From an uncultured bacterium (GTDB taxonomy: Bacteria; Zixibacteria; MSB-5A5; UBA10806): 64,000 nucleotides of DNA. The stretch lies in assembly GCA_965541585.1 (NCBI GenBank), contig CBEUCH010000002.1, positions 224,001 through 288,000 on the forward strand, read 5' to 3'. A program made the position numbers and the translations under genes. Positions 8,525-18,827 of the stretch are shown here, one piece after another. Under the pieces are notes generated by a model. That model did not search any database. It saw nothing but the letters and a program-made list of their open reading frames with translations, and was not told the origin of the DNA. Numbering within the stretch: the stretch's first letter is position 1; the number at the start of each line of letters is the position of its first letter.

Positions 8525-11434
8525 ATGCGCATCGGAATTCTCTCAGAACAGAAAGAAATAGTCATCTCAAGACATCTGCGCCCGTGGTGCGTTTGTTCAT
8601 GGGCTATAATTATCTTAATCGCTCTGGTGCCGACCGTAGTTTTTGCTCAGGGCGGGACCTTGACCGGCGAAGTCACTAACAGTAGTGACGGAGAACCGCT
8701 TTTCGGCGCAAATATTATGATGAGATATCAAGACACGTCATTGAATGTTATGGGAACGACAACCGATGATAATGGCCGTTACGAGATCACAGGTATTCCT
8801 CCGGGAGAATATGCCGTTACGATTTCTTTTATCGGTTTCATCGCCGGTGAATTTACGGGCGTAATAATTTCGGAATCCGGGACGACGACCCTGAACGCCG
8901 AATTGACTCATGGGGCCGTAATTGTCGAGGACGTCCTCGTAACGGCTTCGCGCCGGCCGGAGAAAATCCTGGAAGCGCCGGCATCGGTGAGTGTAATCGG
9001 GGCAGAAGACATTGAAGCACGCGTTGTTCTCACGCCGAGCGAGCATGTCAAGGGGCTGCCGGGAGTCGATGTCGCCACTACCGGATTGAACCAGTCAAAT
9101 GTCGTGGTTCGCGGATTCAACAACGTATTCTCCGGCGCCCTGCTGGTACTCACCGATAACCGTCTGGCCCGGGTGCCGTCTCTGCGATATAACGCATACA
9201 ACTTCATTCCCACAGTAAACGAGGATATCGAGCGAATCGAAATCGTCTCGGGTCCGGGCTCGGCCTTATACGGTCCTAACTCGGCGTCCGGAATAATGCA
9301 TATAATCACGAAATCGCCATTCACCTCCGAGGGAACTACGGTCAGCATCGGCGGCGGTGCGCGCAGTCTATACACCGGATCATTCCTTCATGCCAGAAGC
9401 ATCAAGAACAGGATCGGTTACAAGATCTCAGGGCAGTATTATAGGGGAGAGGACTGGGAATCTTTCGATGCTTACGAACCGGATTCCATTCGTTTGTTCA
9501 GGCCTACGTCGACAGGTCCGGAGTATATTGGGGAATGGAGGCCGAATCGGCGAGATTTTGATGTCGAAAAGATCGCCGGCGAAGCGAGAGTTGATTTTAT
9601 TGTCAATCGAGACTTATCTCTTATTTTGAACGGGGGTTTCAACAGGGCGAGCGGTATTGAATTGACCAGTCTCGGGGCCGCACAGGCGATCGACTGGACC
9701 TATTTTTTCGCCCAGGCTCGCATTAAATATAAAGACCTGTTCGCTCAGGGCTTTGTTAATGCCAGCGATGCCGGCGATACTTACCTGCTTCGGACAGGCC
9801 AGTTGGTAATCGATAAATCGAGGGTCTGGGCGGGACAAATCCAGCATCAATTTAATCCAGGCGACAGGTTATCTCTCACATACGGCCTCGATGCTCTGCT
9901 GACGCGGCCTAATACCGAGTCCACGATCAATGGGCGTAACGAACAGAACGATAGCATAAATGAGTTTGGACTCTATCTGCAATCCGAGACAAGGCTATCA
10001 GAGCGTCTGAAGTTTATCGGCGCGGCAAGAATTGATGATCATAACAGGATTGACGGCGCGATATTCTCACCGCGAGCGGCGATAACCTACCAGCCCGATT
10101 CGGATAATAACCTTCGCCTCACTTATAATCGAGCTTACTCCACGCCCGACAACGTCAATCTTTATCTCGATATTCTGCAGGCCGAAGACCCGTTTGGAGT
10201 CGGCGCCGCATTTGAACCGCTGCTGGGATTCAGCCCCGATATTGATATCCGCGTCCAGGGGGTTCCCGAGACAGGATTCCACTGGCGCATCAACGGGAAT
10301 GGCCCGCAATTCCGCTCGTCCTTTGCTCCACTCGATCCGCGCGGCCTTGATACTGGAGACTTCATAGATTTTAATGACCCTGTTTTCACCAACGTAATGT
10401 GGACGGCCGGCCGCGAGGCTGTTTTTTCCGGTTTCGCCTCCCTCTTGGCTGCCCTGAATTTTCCTCAACAGACAATCGATTCTTTATCGACCTCCCTGCA
10501 GGCGGTAACTCCCACTACGGTGTCGGGGGTAAACAATGCTCTGAAGACGTTTAATATCGATACCAGGTCGTTCGATCCCACCGAGAGGGGAGATATTTCC
10601 GATATCGATCCTCTGGAGCCCTCCTATACCAGGACAATTGAATTTGGCTACAAAGGCGTCTTTGGCGAACGCATGAAGTTCAGTTTCGATGCGTATCGCA
10701 CCGAGAGAGACAATTTCGTGGGCCCGCTGGCTATTGAAACTCCAAATATTTTTCTCGATCAGGAGACCCTCTCAGCTTATCTCGAGCAGAAATTTGATTC
10801 AATCCTGGCCGATCCGGCCAATGCCGACTACGCCTCGACGCTTGCCATTCTCGATGATACGACTTTCTTCGGCAATGGAAATGGCAGTCCGGTTGACGAA
10901 CTTATAAGTATCTTTGGCTATGGAGCAACTCAGATTCCATTCGGTACTGTCAGCCCTCAGGAGGCACTGGATCCCGAAGCCGTGCTGGTTACTTTTCGAA
11001 ATTTCGGAGACGTCGCCTTATACGGCGCCGATCTGGCTTTCGCCTTTGACTTGAGCCAATACCTGAGTTTAGGATGCAGCTATTCATACATTTCAAAAAA
11101 CTTCTTTAAAAAATCGGACGAACAGGTGCACGATATCTACCTTAACGCCCCGAAGCACAAGTTCGGAGTTTATCTTCAGTATGCCAATCCGAGAATCGGG
11201 CTTTTCGCCCATACCCGCTTGAGATTCGTAGATGCTTTCGATATGTACGGCCCGTTTGTCGGAACCAGGGTTGAATCGTACACGGTAGTCGACATGAATC
11301 TGAGGTGGAATCTGCTCTACAAACTGCAATTGGCCGTGACCGTGCAGAATCTTCTGGACAATGAGCATTCTGAATTTGTGGGAGCGCCGGAGATAGGACG
11401 GCTTGCCATGCTGCGCGCTTCGTATTCGTTTTGA
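8525..11434 (+). CDS. TonB-dependent receptor with N-terminal carboxypeptidase-regulatory-like domain
   Basis: GEPLFGANI..GTTTDDNGRY; TonB-box-like VLVTASRR; plug motif IERIEIVSGPGSALYG; QNLLD; terminal YSF. Confidence 0.93.
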   Translation: MRIGILSEQKEIVISRHLRPWCVCSWAIIILIALVPTVVFAQGGTLTGEVTNSSDGEPLFGANIMMRYQDTSLNVMGTTTDDNGRYEITGIPPGEYAVTISFIGFIAGEFTGVIISESGTTTLNAELTHGAVIVEDVLVTASRRPEKILEAPASVSVIGAEDIEARVVLTPSEHVKGLPGVDVATTGLNQSNVVVRGFNNVFSGALLVLTDNRLARVPSLRYNAYNFIPTVNEDIERIEIVSGPGSALYGPNSASGIMHIITKSPFTSEGTTVSIGGGARSLYTGSFLHARSIKNRIGYKISGQYYRGEDWESFDAYEPDSIRLFRPTSTGPEYIGEWRPNRRDFDVEKIAGEARVDFIVNRDLSLILNGGFNRASGIELTSLGAAQAIDWTYFFAQARIKYKDLFAQGFVNASDAGDTYLLRTGQLVIDKSRVWAGQIQHQFNPGDRLSLTYGLDALLTRPNTESTINGRNEQNDSINEFGLYLQSETRLSERLKFIGAARIDDHNRIDGAIFSPRAAITYQPDSDNNLRLTYNRAYSTPDNVNLYLDILQAEDPFGVGAAFEPLLGFSPDIDIRVQGVPETGFHWRINGNGPQFRSSFAPLDPRGLDTGDFIDFNDPVFTNVMWTAGREAVFSGFASLLAALNFPQQTIDSLSTSLQAVTPTTVSGVNNALKTFNIDTRSFDPTERGDISDIDPLEPSYTRTIEFGYKGVFGERMKFSFDAYRTERDNFVGPLAIETPNIFLDQETLSAYLEQKFDSILADPANADYASTLAILDDTTFFGNGNGSPVDELISIFGYGATQIPFGTVSPQEALDPEAVLVTFRNFGDVALYGADLAFAFDLSQYLSLGCSYSYISKNFFKKSDEQVHDIYLNAPKHKFGVYLQYANPRIGLFAHTRLRFVDAFDMYGPFVGTRVESYTVVDMNLRWNLLYKLQLAVTVQNLLDNEHSEFVGAPEIGRLAMLRASYSF

Positions 11435-11615
11435 ATCGAGGGAGCATATTCACAACAAGGTTTTCTATTGATCTGTTGTTGAATTATGATTAATATAGAT
11501 TACAATCTTCTCTTGATGACTGGAGGAGAAATTAATACGGCTACCCGCAATAACGGAAAAATCGAGGCGGTGCCCGAGAGTTCCGGCCACCTCTCATAAG
11601 GATTAGGATGTAGAG

Positions 11616-12200
11616 ATGGAAAAGAAAGCGAAATTGAAAGACGGCAGTGAGGTTCTCATCAGAGAGCTGAGAAAGGACGACATAGGCAGATCCCATGCCT
11701 TTTTTCGGGCACTTCCCAAAGAGGATAGGGCCTACCTTCGTGTCGATGTCACAAGGCGGGAAGTTGTTGAACGGAGAATCAAGGCCATGGAATCGGGAGA
11801 GGTCAGTCGGCTGGCAGCTCTTGTCGGGGATGAAATCGTGGCCGACGGATCTCTGGAACGAGAAATTCTGGACTGGAAAAAACATATAGCGGAATTGCGA
11901 CTGATTGTAGCACATTCATTTCAGCGCAAGGGACTTGGCCTCTTGATGGCTCGTGAGCTTTTTGGGCTGGCTGCCAGCCAGAAGGTTGAGGAGATCCTTG
12001 TGAGGATTATGGCGCCACAGGTCGGAGCCCTGAGCATTTTTAAAAGGCTTGGATTCCATCAGGATGCCATCCTGCACGATTACGTGAAGGATATTGACGG
12101 CAAAAAACAGGACCTTATTTTGATGCGGTGTGATCTGGAGTCACTCTGGCAAAAGTTGGGGGATTTTATGGATGATTTCGACTGGCAACGTTCCCGTTGA
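11616..12200 (+). CDS. GNAT-family N-acetyltransferase
   Basis: LKDGSEVLIREL; FQRKGLG motif A; FKRLGF. Confidence 0.85.
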   Translation: MEKKAKLKDGSEVLIRELRKDDIGRSHAFFRALPKEDRAYLRVDVTRREVVERRIKAMESGEVSRLAALVGDEIVADGSLEREILDWKKHIAELRLIVAHSFQRKGLGLLMARELFGLAASQKVEEILVRIMAPQVGALSIFKRLGFHQDAILHDYVKDIDGKKQDLILMRCDLESLWQKLGDFMDDFDWQRSR

Positions 12201-12284
12201 TACCTATCATATTGCAACCCAACAAGTTAACGGCGAGAGTATGTTTGTTAGAATAAGATCCTTGCCTGATGATAAAAAAAACTA

Positions 12285-12312
12285 TTGACAAAAAACCATA
12301 TATGGTTATCTT
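12285..12312 (+). promoter_or_regulatory. Sigma70 promoter of the aromatic operon, with a palindrome in the spacer
   Basis: TTGACA 12285-12290, 16-nt spacer, TATCTT 12307-12312. Perfect palindrome AACCATATATGGTT at 12294-12307. Confidence 0.7.
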
Positions 12313-12321
12313 GCATTTGTG

Positions 12322-12411
12322 ATGGCAGAGTTGAGAAATAGCATTCGTTTGTCCCGCTATTATTGGTGGTATGGATATAAATACGATCGGATAGCGGCTT
12401 CTGCCTATTAG
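12322..12411 (+). CDS. Attenuator leader peptide (Tyr/Trp-rich), 29 aa MAELRNSIRLSRYYWWYGYKYDRIAASAY
   Basis: Hand translation: 6 Tyr, tandem Trp-Trp, 0 Phe. Lies directly upstream of a terminator and trpE. In-frame GTG at 12319. Confidence 0.88.
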   Translation: MAELRNSIRLSRYYWWYGYKYDRIAASAY

Positions 12412-12449
12412 CTGAGAATCGAAAAATCAATTAAGAGCCTGCTGTCCGA
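12354..12449 (+). promoter_or_regulatory. Alternative attenuator helices (1:2 protector, 2:3 antiterminator)
   Basis: CCGCTAT 12354-12360 pairs with ATAGCGG 12391-12397. Alternatively, TCGGATAGCGGCT 12387-12399 pairs with AGCC(T)GCTGTCCGA 12436-12449, the terminator 5' arm. Confidence 0.82.
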
Positions 12450-12469
12450 CGAGGACAGCAGGTTTTTTT
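12436..12469 (+). terminator. Attenuator terminator (3:4)
   Basis: CCTGCTGTCC-gacga-GGACAGCAGG perfect 10-bp stem plus T7, 11 nt before the trpE ATG. Confidence 0.9.
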
Positions 12470-12480
12470 GTGGAGAATTT

Positions 12481-13947
12481 ATGGATTTAACAGACATTTT
12501 GAAGAGTAACAGCAGAAAGGCCGTACTGGAGCCGTTGATTGCCGATCTTCCGGCTGATCTTGAAACGCCTGTTTCAGCGTTCTTGAAGCTGAGGCCTGTG
12601 GGGGCGAAGTTTCTGCTGGAGAGTGCGGACGGCATAGAACTAACCGGACGATATACGTTTATCGGCATCAGGCCGAGATTCAAAGTCAACATTTTCCGGG
12701 AAAAATCTGTAATTGTCTCTCCGGGGAGGACGGATGATTTCCTGCATTCGGGTATGGGAGATCCGTTTTCGGCCCTGCGACATATAACAAAGTCCATAAG
12801 CCTGGAATCGAATCCTTCAAGCCTGACTCTCTTAGGAGGGCTCGTCGGTCATATCAATTACGAGATGGTTGGCTTTTTCGAACCGCATCTCGGCCTGCTT
12901 GACGATTGTAACGAAACGCACCTGGCCAGCTTTTATATGGTGGATACTCTTCTTGTATTCGATCATTTCACGAGGCGGATGCAGGTCATCGCGCTGATTC
13001 CGAAGGGAAGTGATTCGGCAAAGGTAGAAGGAGAAAGGACAATCGATGAGATTTTGTCCGCGCTCAGATCGGATATAGAAATTCCACCAACCAAAGCGAC
13101 AGAATCAAACGAGAATTTCAGATCGAATTTCACGCAGGAGCGTTTTGAGAAGATTGTCGAGGATGCCAGAGGACATATACTAAAAGGAAATATATTTCAG
13201 GGCGTCCTTTCCCAGGCTCTGAAGGCCAGAATCGATATAGACAGTTTTCAGATTTACCGCGCCCTTAGAATGTTAAATCCCTCTCCTTATATGTATTACC
13301 TGGATATGGACGGCCTGGCGTTGATAGGGTCCTCGCCCGAAACCATGGTGAAATTAAGCGGAGACGTTGCCACGCTCCGTCCCATAGCGGGTACTCGTCC
13401 CAGAGGAAAGGATGAAACAGAGGATAGGCGGCTCGAGAAAGAGCTTCTATCCGATGACAAGGAGAGGGCCGAACATATCATGCTTGTCGATCTGGGGCGC
13501 AATGATCTTGGCAGAGCGTGCGAGTACGGGTCCGTGGCTGTCGACAAGCTGATGGAGGTCGAGCGTTTTTCGCACGTCATGCATTTAACCTCGACCGTCA
13601 CCGGCCGGCTGAAAAAGGGAAAGGACCAGTTCGATCTGTTCAGGTCGGCTTTTCCTGCAGGCACAGTCACAGGGGCACCGAAGATCAGGGCCATGGAGTT
13701 GATACGCCAGCTTGAAGGACAGCCCCGCGGACCATACGCCGGAAGCGTTGGATATTTTTCATTATCGGGGGATATGGATACGTGTATTACTATCAGGACC
13801 ATCATAATGAGGGGAAACGAGATTATTCTGCAAGCGGGCGCCGGAATCGTTGCGGATTCCAAACCTCAATTCGAATATCAGGAAACATTGAATAAACTCC
13901 AGGCTCTCAAAGCCGCCGTGTCAAACGCAGAAGGGGGATTGACATGA
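12481..13947 (+). CDS. trpE: Anthranilate synthase component I
   Basis: ADLETPVSAF, FLLESA, NPSPYM, PIAGTRPRG, KERAEHIMLVDLGRND, FPAGTVTGAPKIRAM. Confidence 0.97.
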   Translation: MDLTDILKSNSRKAVLEPLIADLPADLETPVSAFLKLRPVGAKFLLESADGIELTGRYTFIGIRPRFKVNIFREKSVIVSPGRTDDFLHSGMGDPFSALRHITKSISLESNPSSLTLLGGLVGHINYEMVGFFEPHLGLLDDCNETHLASFYMVDTLLVFDHFTRRMQVIALIPKGSDSAKVEGERTIDEILSALRSDIEIPPTKATESNENFRSNFTQERFEKIVEDARGHILKGNIFQGVLSQALKARIDIDSFQIYRALRMLNPSPYMYYLDMDGLALIGSSPETMVKLSGDVATLRPIAGTRPRGKDETEDRRLEKELLSDDKERAEHIMLVDLGRNDLGRACEYGSVAVDKLMEVERFSHVMHLTSTVTGRLKKGKDQFDLFRSAFPAGTVTGAPKIRAMELIRQLEGQPRGPYAGSVGYFSLSGDMDTCITIRTIIMRGNEIILQAGAGIVADSKPQFEYQETLNKLQALKAAVSNAEGGLT

Positions 13948-14513
13948 TAGTCTTTGTGGATAACTACGACTCGTTCATTTACAATATCGTTCAATACGTC
14001 GGACCGATCGACCCGGATCTAAAGGTTTTCCGCAATGATGAAATCGATCTCGAGGGTGTAAGAAAGCTCAGACCCCGCAAAATTATAATCTCGCCCGGCC
14101 CGGGTCATCCGGATGACGCAGGCATCTCGTGTGAGATTGTTAGAGCCTTTTTCGATAAGATTCCCATACTGGGCATTTGTCTGGGGCATCAGGCAATAGC
14201 CAGGGCGTTTGGCGGCGAAGTAGGAGAGGCTCCTGAACTTCTTCATGGGAAATCGTCGCAGGTCTTCCATAAAGCTATTGGAATCTTGAATGGCATGCCA
14301 AATCCGTTTACAGCCGGGCGATATCATTCGCTGGCTGTGTTCGAAGAGAAGCTGCCCGACTCGCTCGAGGTAATAGCCTATACATCGAAAGGCGACATCA
14401 TGGGGATAAAGCACCGCCAGTATCCCGTTTATGGATTGCAATTTCACCCTGAGTCGGTCCTTACCGAAGGCGGGGAGAAGATAATAGCAAACTTTCTGAA
14501 TGGTAACATATGA
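13944..14513 (+). CDS. trpG: Anthranilate synthase component II (glutamine amidotransferase)
   Basis: DNYDSF, ISPGPG, GICLGHQ, RYHSL, QFHPES. Confidence 0.96.
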   Translation: MIVFVDNYDSFIYNIVQYVGPIDPDLKVFRNDEIDLEGVRKLRPRKIIISPGPGHPDDAGISCEIVRAFFDKIPILGICLGHQAIARAFGGEVGEAPELLHGKSSQVFHKAIGILNGMPNPFTAGRYHSLAVFEEKLPDSLEVIAYTSKGDIMGIKHRQYPVYGLQFHPESVLTEGGEKIIANFLNGNI

Positions 14514-15523
14514 GTAATAAGGAAATTGTATCAAAATTGATCGGCGGATCGGATCTGACCGCTGAGGAGACCGAACAATTTATGGGAGATATTGCCGACG
14601 GCAATCTTGCCCCCGCCCGGAGCGCCGCGTTTCTCACGGCGCTGGCAATCAAGGGAGAAACTCCCGAGGAGATAGCCGGATGCGCAAAGGCATTTCGTGA
14701 CAGGTCGCTTAAGGTACCGCATAATCAGAAGATGGTATTTGATTGTTGCGGCACCGGCGGCGACGGTTCGGGGAGCTTCAATATATCGACTGCCGTGGCA
14801 TTTGTTATGGCGGCCTGCGGTGTTCCGACTGCCAAGCATGGTAATCGCTCCATTTCGTCCCTTTGCGGCTCGGCTGATGTTCTGGAGGAATTGGGAATTA
14901 AGATCGGTCTCAAGCCGAAATCTGCGGCCACCTGTCTCGATGAGATAGGTATCTGTTTTATCTTTGCCCCATTTTACCATCCGGCGATGAAACACGCCGC
15001 GCCTGTCAGAAAGGAGCTTGGTTTTAGAACCGTTTTCAATCTTCTAGGCCCTCTGATGAATCCGGCGGATGCAACGCATCAAATAATAGGTGCGCCGTCT
15101 ATGGATATAGGACGGAAACTGGCTATGACTGCATTTCGCCTGAAGAGCGGTGAGATTCGGCTTTTGTATAACTCGGAGGGAATGGATGAACTGGTGCCGT
15201 TCGGGGAAAACTGGATAATATCGGCCGGTGAGAATGGTGTGGAAGAATGCAGATTAGATATTGCCTTTATCGGCCGCGCAGATAAATCGAGTATAAAAGG
15301 CGGTTCGGCAGGTGAGAACGCCCCCATCATAAAGAAAATATTCGAAGGGGAAAAATCACCCCGGAGAGATGCGGTCGTCCTTAACGCCGCTGTGGGATTG
15401 GTATTAACCGATACAGCATCGGATTACAAAGAGGGCATGAAGGTGGCGGAGGAAACCATTGACTCCGGAATGGCGGCCCTGAAGCTGGAAAAATTGATAG
15501 AACTCTCAAATAGACTCGTGTGA
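14510..15523 (+). CDS. trpD: Anthranilate phosphoribosyltransferase
   Basis: DCCGTGGDG, NIST, AKHGNR, GSADVLE, RTVFNLLGPL. Confidence 0.97.
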   Translation: MSNKEIVSKLIGGSDLTAEETEQFMGDIADGNLAPARSAAFLTALAIKGETPEEIAGCAKAFRDRSLKVPHNQKMVFDCCGTGGDGSGSFNISTAVAFVMAACGVPTAKHGNRSISSLCGSADVLEELGIKIGLKPKSAATCLDEIGICFIFAPFYHPAMKHAAPVRKELGFRTVFNLLGPLMNPADATHQIIGAPSMDIGRKLAMTAFRLKSGEIRLLYNSEGMDELVPFGENWIISAGENGVEECRLDIAFIGRADKSSIKGGSAGENAPIIKKIFEGEKSPRRDAVVLNAAVGLVLTDTASDYKEGMKVAEETIDSGMAALKLEKLIELSNRLV

Positions 15524-16305
15524 TGTTGGAAAAGATAGTCTCAACAAAAAAGAGGTCGCTTGGCGCCATTGACAGGGGAAGATGGGAGGACCAACTTCGG
15601 TCGATGCTTTCCAATATTCCACCTGTTAATTCTTTTATCGATGCAATTACGGGGAAGGACAAACCGGCCCTGATTGCCGAGTTTAAAAGAAGATCGCCGT
15701 CCGCGGGGACTATCAATGATTCAGTCGACCCGGTCGAACAGGCCATTCTTTATGAGAAGGGTGGAGCATCGGCGGTTTCGGTTCTAACCGAGGAGGATTA
15801 TTTCGGCGGACGCCTCGATGATATCGGGAAGATAAAATCAGCAGTCGGGTTACCAATTCTGCGGAAGGATTTCATATTCGATCCTCTTCAGATATTGGAA
15901 GCCCGAGCGGCCGGAGCAGACGCAGTTTTGCTGATTGTCGGGATTCTGGATTTTGGAATATTAAAGACTCTTCTGGATGAGGCTGCACGCCATAATCTTG
16001 ACTGTCTTTGCGAGGTTCATTCGGAAGCCGAAATAGAGACGGCTCTCTCCTGCGGAGCGCGAATGATAGGCATAAACAACCGAGATTTAAACACTTTTGA
16101 AATCAACCTTGATGTAACAAAACGTCTGCGTCCGGAGATACCGGAAAATATCACGGTAGTTTCTGAGAGCGGTATTCATACGCCGGAGGACGTTGCGTTT
16201 GTCCGGCGCTGTGGTGTGGACGCCATACTTGTAGGCACCGAACTGATGAAGGCGCGCGATGTCTCAGGGAAGATTGCGGAGATAATGGGATGTCGGCCAA
16301 GGTAA
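15520..16305 (+). CDS. trpC: Indole-3-glycerol-phosphate synthase
   Basis: IAEFKRRSPS, SVLTE, LRKDF, GINNRDL, SESGI. Confidence 0.97.
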   Translation: MMLEKIVSTKKRSLGAIDRGRWEDQLRSMLSNIPPVNSFIDAITGKDKPALIAEFKRRSPSAGTINDSVDPVEQAILYEKGGASAVSVLTEEDYFGGRLDDIGKIKSAVGLPILRKDFIFDPLQILEARAAGADAVLLIVGILDFGILKTLLDEAARHNLDCLCEVHSEAEIETALSCGARMIGINNRDLNTFEINLDVTKRLRPEIPENITVVSESGIHTPEDVAFVRRCGVDAILVGTELMKARDVSGKIAEIMGCRPR

Positions 16306-16868
16306 AAATTTGCGGCATCACAAATCTCGAGGACGCGCTGCTCTCTCATACGCTCGGCGCGGACATGCTGGGCATGATATTTGCCAGAAGTCCAAGGAGA
16401 ATATCTATTTCTACGGCAGCTGATATCGCTTTACGGCTTTCGGGAAAGGTCGCTCTGGTCGGCGTATTCTCAGATCCTGACGATCCTCAGATTGGTGAAG
16501 TTTGTGAAAGGATCAAGCTGGATATGTTACAGATCTATTTCGGTGAAAACGTCAACGGATTTCCCAGCTATCCGCTTCCCATTTTACCCTCATACTGGGT
16601 CAAAGAGAAAACGGATATTTCAAAGATCGAATTAGCCGGATCACTGCTCGATTTCAAGAGGGCTCCTCGCTTGCTCGGGAAATGCCGATCTGAGAATATC
16701 GATATGAGCGAAGCGATCCTTGCCGGAGGGCTGCACAGTGGAAATGTGGACAGTATTTTAAAAACCCTTAAGCCCTTCGGAGTGGACGTGGCACGGGGGG
16801 TTGAGAGCGAACCGGGGAAAAAAGATAAGGCCAAGCTCGAGCAATTCATCCGGAAGGTGAAATCATGA
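16290..16868 (+). CDS. trpF: Phosphoribosylanthranilate isomerase
   Basis: [31 protein letters not shown]. Confidence 0.9.
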   Translation: MSAKVKICGITNLEDALLSHTLGADMLGMIFARSPRRISISTAADIALRLSGKVALVGVFSDPDDPQIGEVCERIKLDMLQIYFGENVNGFPSYPLPILPSYWVKEKTDISKIELAGSLLDFKRAPRLLGKCRSENIDMSEAILAGGLHSGNVDSILKTLKPFGVDVARGVESEPGKKDKAKLEQFIRKVKS

Positions 16869-18052
16869 AAGTCCCCGATCGATTCGGTTTCTTCGGTCCC
16901 TACGGCGGCCGTTACGTTCCCGAGACCTTGATATCTGCTCTGGACGACCTTGAACAAGCCTTTGATAAATATAGAAAAGACGGGGATTTCATTTCCGAGC
17001 TTAACGGTCTTCTTAAGGACTTTTCCGGCAGGCCGACTCCGCTTTACGAGGCGGCCAATATCTCGCGACGCTGGGGAGCGAAAATCTATCTTAAACGTGA
17101 AGATCTGAACCACACCGGCGCGCACAAGATAAACAACACGCTGGGCCAGGCGCTGCTTGCCAGAAGGCTGGGGAAAACGAGAATAATCGCGGAAACCGGC
17201 GCGGGTCAGCATGGAGTCGCAACGGCATCGGCCTGTTCTCTATTAGGACTAAAATGTATCGTTTATATGGGAATAATCGATGCCGCCCGGCAGAAGCCCA
17301 ACCTTTTGAGAATGCAGATGATGGGAGCCGAGGTGGTGGAGGTAAAATCGGGATCGGGCACGCTCAAAGACGCCTGCAACGAGGCTATACGTGATTGGGT
17401 GGCTAACGTCGACGACACGCATTATATCATCGGCTCAACCGTGGGGCCCCATCCCTATCCTCTGCTGGTAAGGCATTTTCAAAAGATTATCGGGGAAGAG
17501 ACCCGACGTCAGATTATAGCCAAAGAAAACAGGCTTCCCGATTATGTATTCGCTTGTGTGGGAGGCGGCTCAAACGCTCTGGGTATATTTCATGGTTTTT
17601 TGAAAAATAATGGTGTCGGTCTGGTAGGAGTCGAATCCGCCGGGCATGGCCTGAGAAGCGGGCGTCACGCGGCCACATTGGCCCGCGGAAAGCCGGGTGT
17701 ACTTCATGGTTCGTTGTCGTATCTGTTGCAGGATGACGATGGTCAAATTGTTCCCACGGAAACACAGGCGGCCGGTCTCGATTACCCTGGGGTTGGGCCC
17801 GAACACAGTTACTTAAAAGATATCGGAAGAGTCCGGTACCTGTCGGTTACGGATAAACAGGCGGTCGATGCCTGCTTTGAGCTTTCCCGTTACGAAGGGA
17901 TAATCCCGGCGTTGGAATCATCGTACGCTCTGGCGGCCGTTAAGCGACTCGCAAAGGGCGAGGGAAAAGGGAAGCTGATCGTGGTGAATCTCTCCGGAAG
18001 GGGAGATAAAGACCTCGATAGCATAAAGGATTATGAAAACGGCAATAAGTAG
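16865..18052 (+). CDS. trpB: Tryptophan synthase beta subunit
   Basis: [45 protein letters not shown]. Confidence 0.98.
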   Translation: MKVPDRFGFFGPYGGRYVPETLISALDDLEQAFDKYRKDGDFISELNGLLKDFSGRPTPLYEAANISRRWGAKIYLKREDLNHTGAHKINNTLGQALLARRLGKTRIIAETGAGQHGVATASACSLLGLKCIVYMGIIDAARQKPNLLRMQMMGAEVVEVKSGSGTLKDACNEAIRDWVANVDDTHYIIGSTVGPHPYPLLVRHFQKIIGEETRRQIIAKENRLPDYVFACVGGGSNALGIFHGFLKNNGVGLVGVESAGHGLRSGRHAATLARGKPGVLHGSLSYLLQDDDGQIVPTETQAAGLDYPGVGPEHSYLKDIGRVRYLSVTDKQAVDACFELSRYEGIIPALESSYALAAVKRLAKGEGKGKLIVVNLSGRGDKDLDSIKDYENGNK

Positions 18053-18827
18053 AAAACTCGGCAAACGAGGTGGGCGAAAGGCGCTGGTGCCTTACCTGAC
18101 CTGTGGCTTTCCCGATATGAACAGCTTTGAAAGTCTGGCTCTTTCTGTATGCGACGCGGGAGTGGATATGATTGAAATCGGGCTCCCGTTCTCAGATCCG
18201 CTCGCCGATGGGCCGACAATACAATATTCGTCGAAGACGTCGCTGGATAACGGGTTTAACCTCGAAAGAGGTTTCGCTTCCATCAAGCGGATCGCCGGAA
18301 GCACCGAAATACCGATTATCGTTATGACCTACCTGAATATCATCAGCGCCATGGGGGAGACAAAATTCTTTCGGCAATGCAGAAAAGCGGGTATCTCGGG
18401 ATTGGTGATACCTGATCTTCCCGCCGATCTATCCCATGATATCGGGAGGGCGTGTAGAGAGTTTTGTATAGATCTGGCATTATTGGTTGCCCCAACGACC
18501 CCGGTCGAGAGGATTAAAAAGATCGCCGGGCAATCGAGGGGTTTTCTATATCTGGTTTCAGTAAAAGGGACAACAGGAAAGCGAGATCGTTTTCCGCCCG
18601 GGACACTGTCGTTTATACGGAGAGTAAAAAAGCTTTCGCCTGTTCCCGTACTTGTCGGCTTCGGGATTTCCAGTCCCGCCATGGCCGCCATGGCGGCACG
18701 CTACTCAGATGGTGTCATAATTGGCAGCGCCCTGATTGATATCATTCGAAACAACGGTGATCCGCGCAAAGCATCGATACAATTGAAATCGTTTCTTCAA
18801 TCCATAGAAAAGGAGATGAATTCTTGA
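18033..18827 (+). CDS. trpA: Tryptophan synthase alpha subunit
   Basis: [41 protein letters not shown]. Confidence 0.97.
   Translation: MKTAISRKLGKRGGRKALVPYLTCGFPDMNSFESLALSVCDAGVDMIEIGLPFSDPLADGPTIQYSSKTSLDNGFNLERGFASIKRIAGSTEIPIIVMTYLNIISAMGETKFFRQCRKAGISGLVIPDLPADLSHDIGRACREFCIDLALLVAPTTPVERIKKIAGQSRGFLYLVSVKGTTGKRDRFPPGTLSFIRRVKKLSPVPVLVGFGISSPAMAAMAARYSDGVIIGSALIDIIRNNGDPRKASIQLKSFLQSIEKEMNS

Noticed and set aside
12248..12797. Minus-strand ORFs 12248-12430 and 12408-12797
   Set aside because: Antisense to the attenuator and trpE, with no recognisable motifs.
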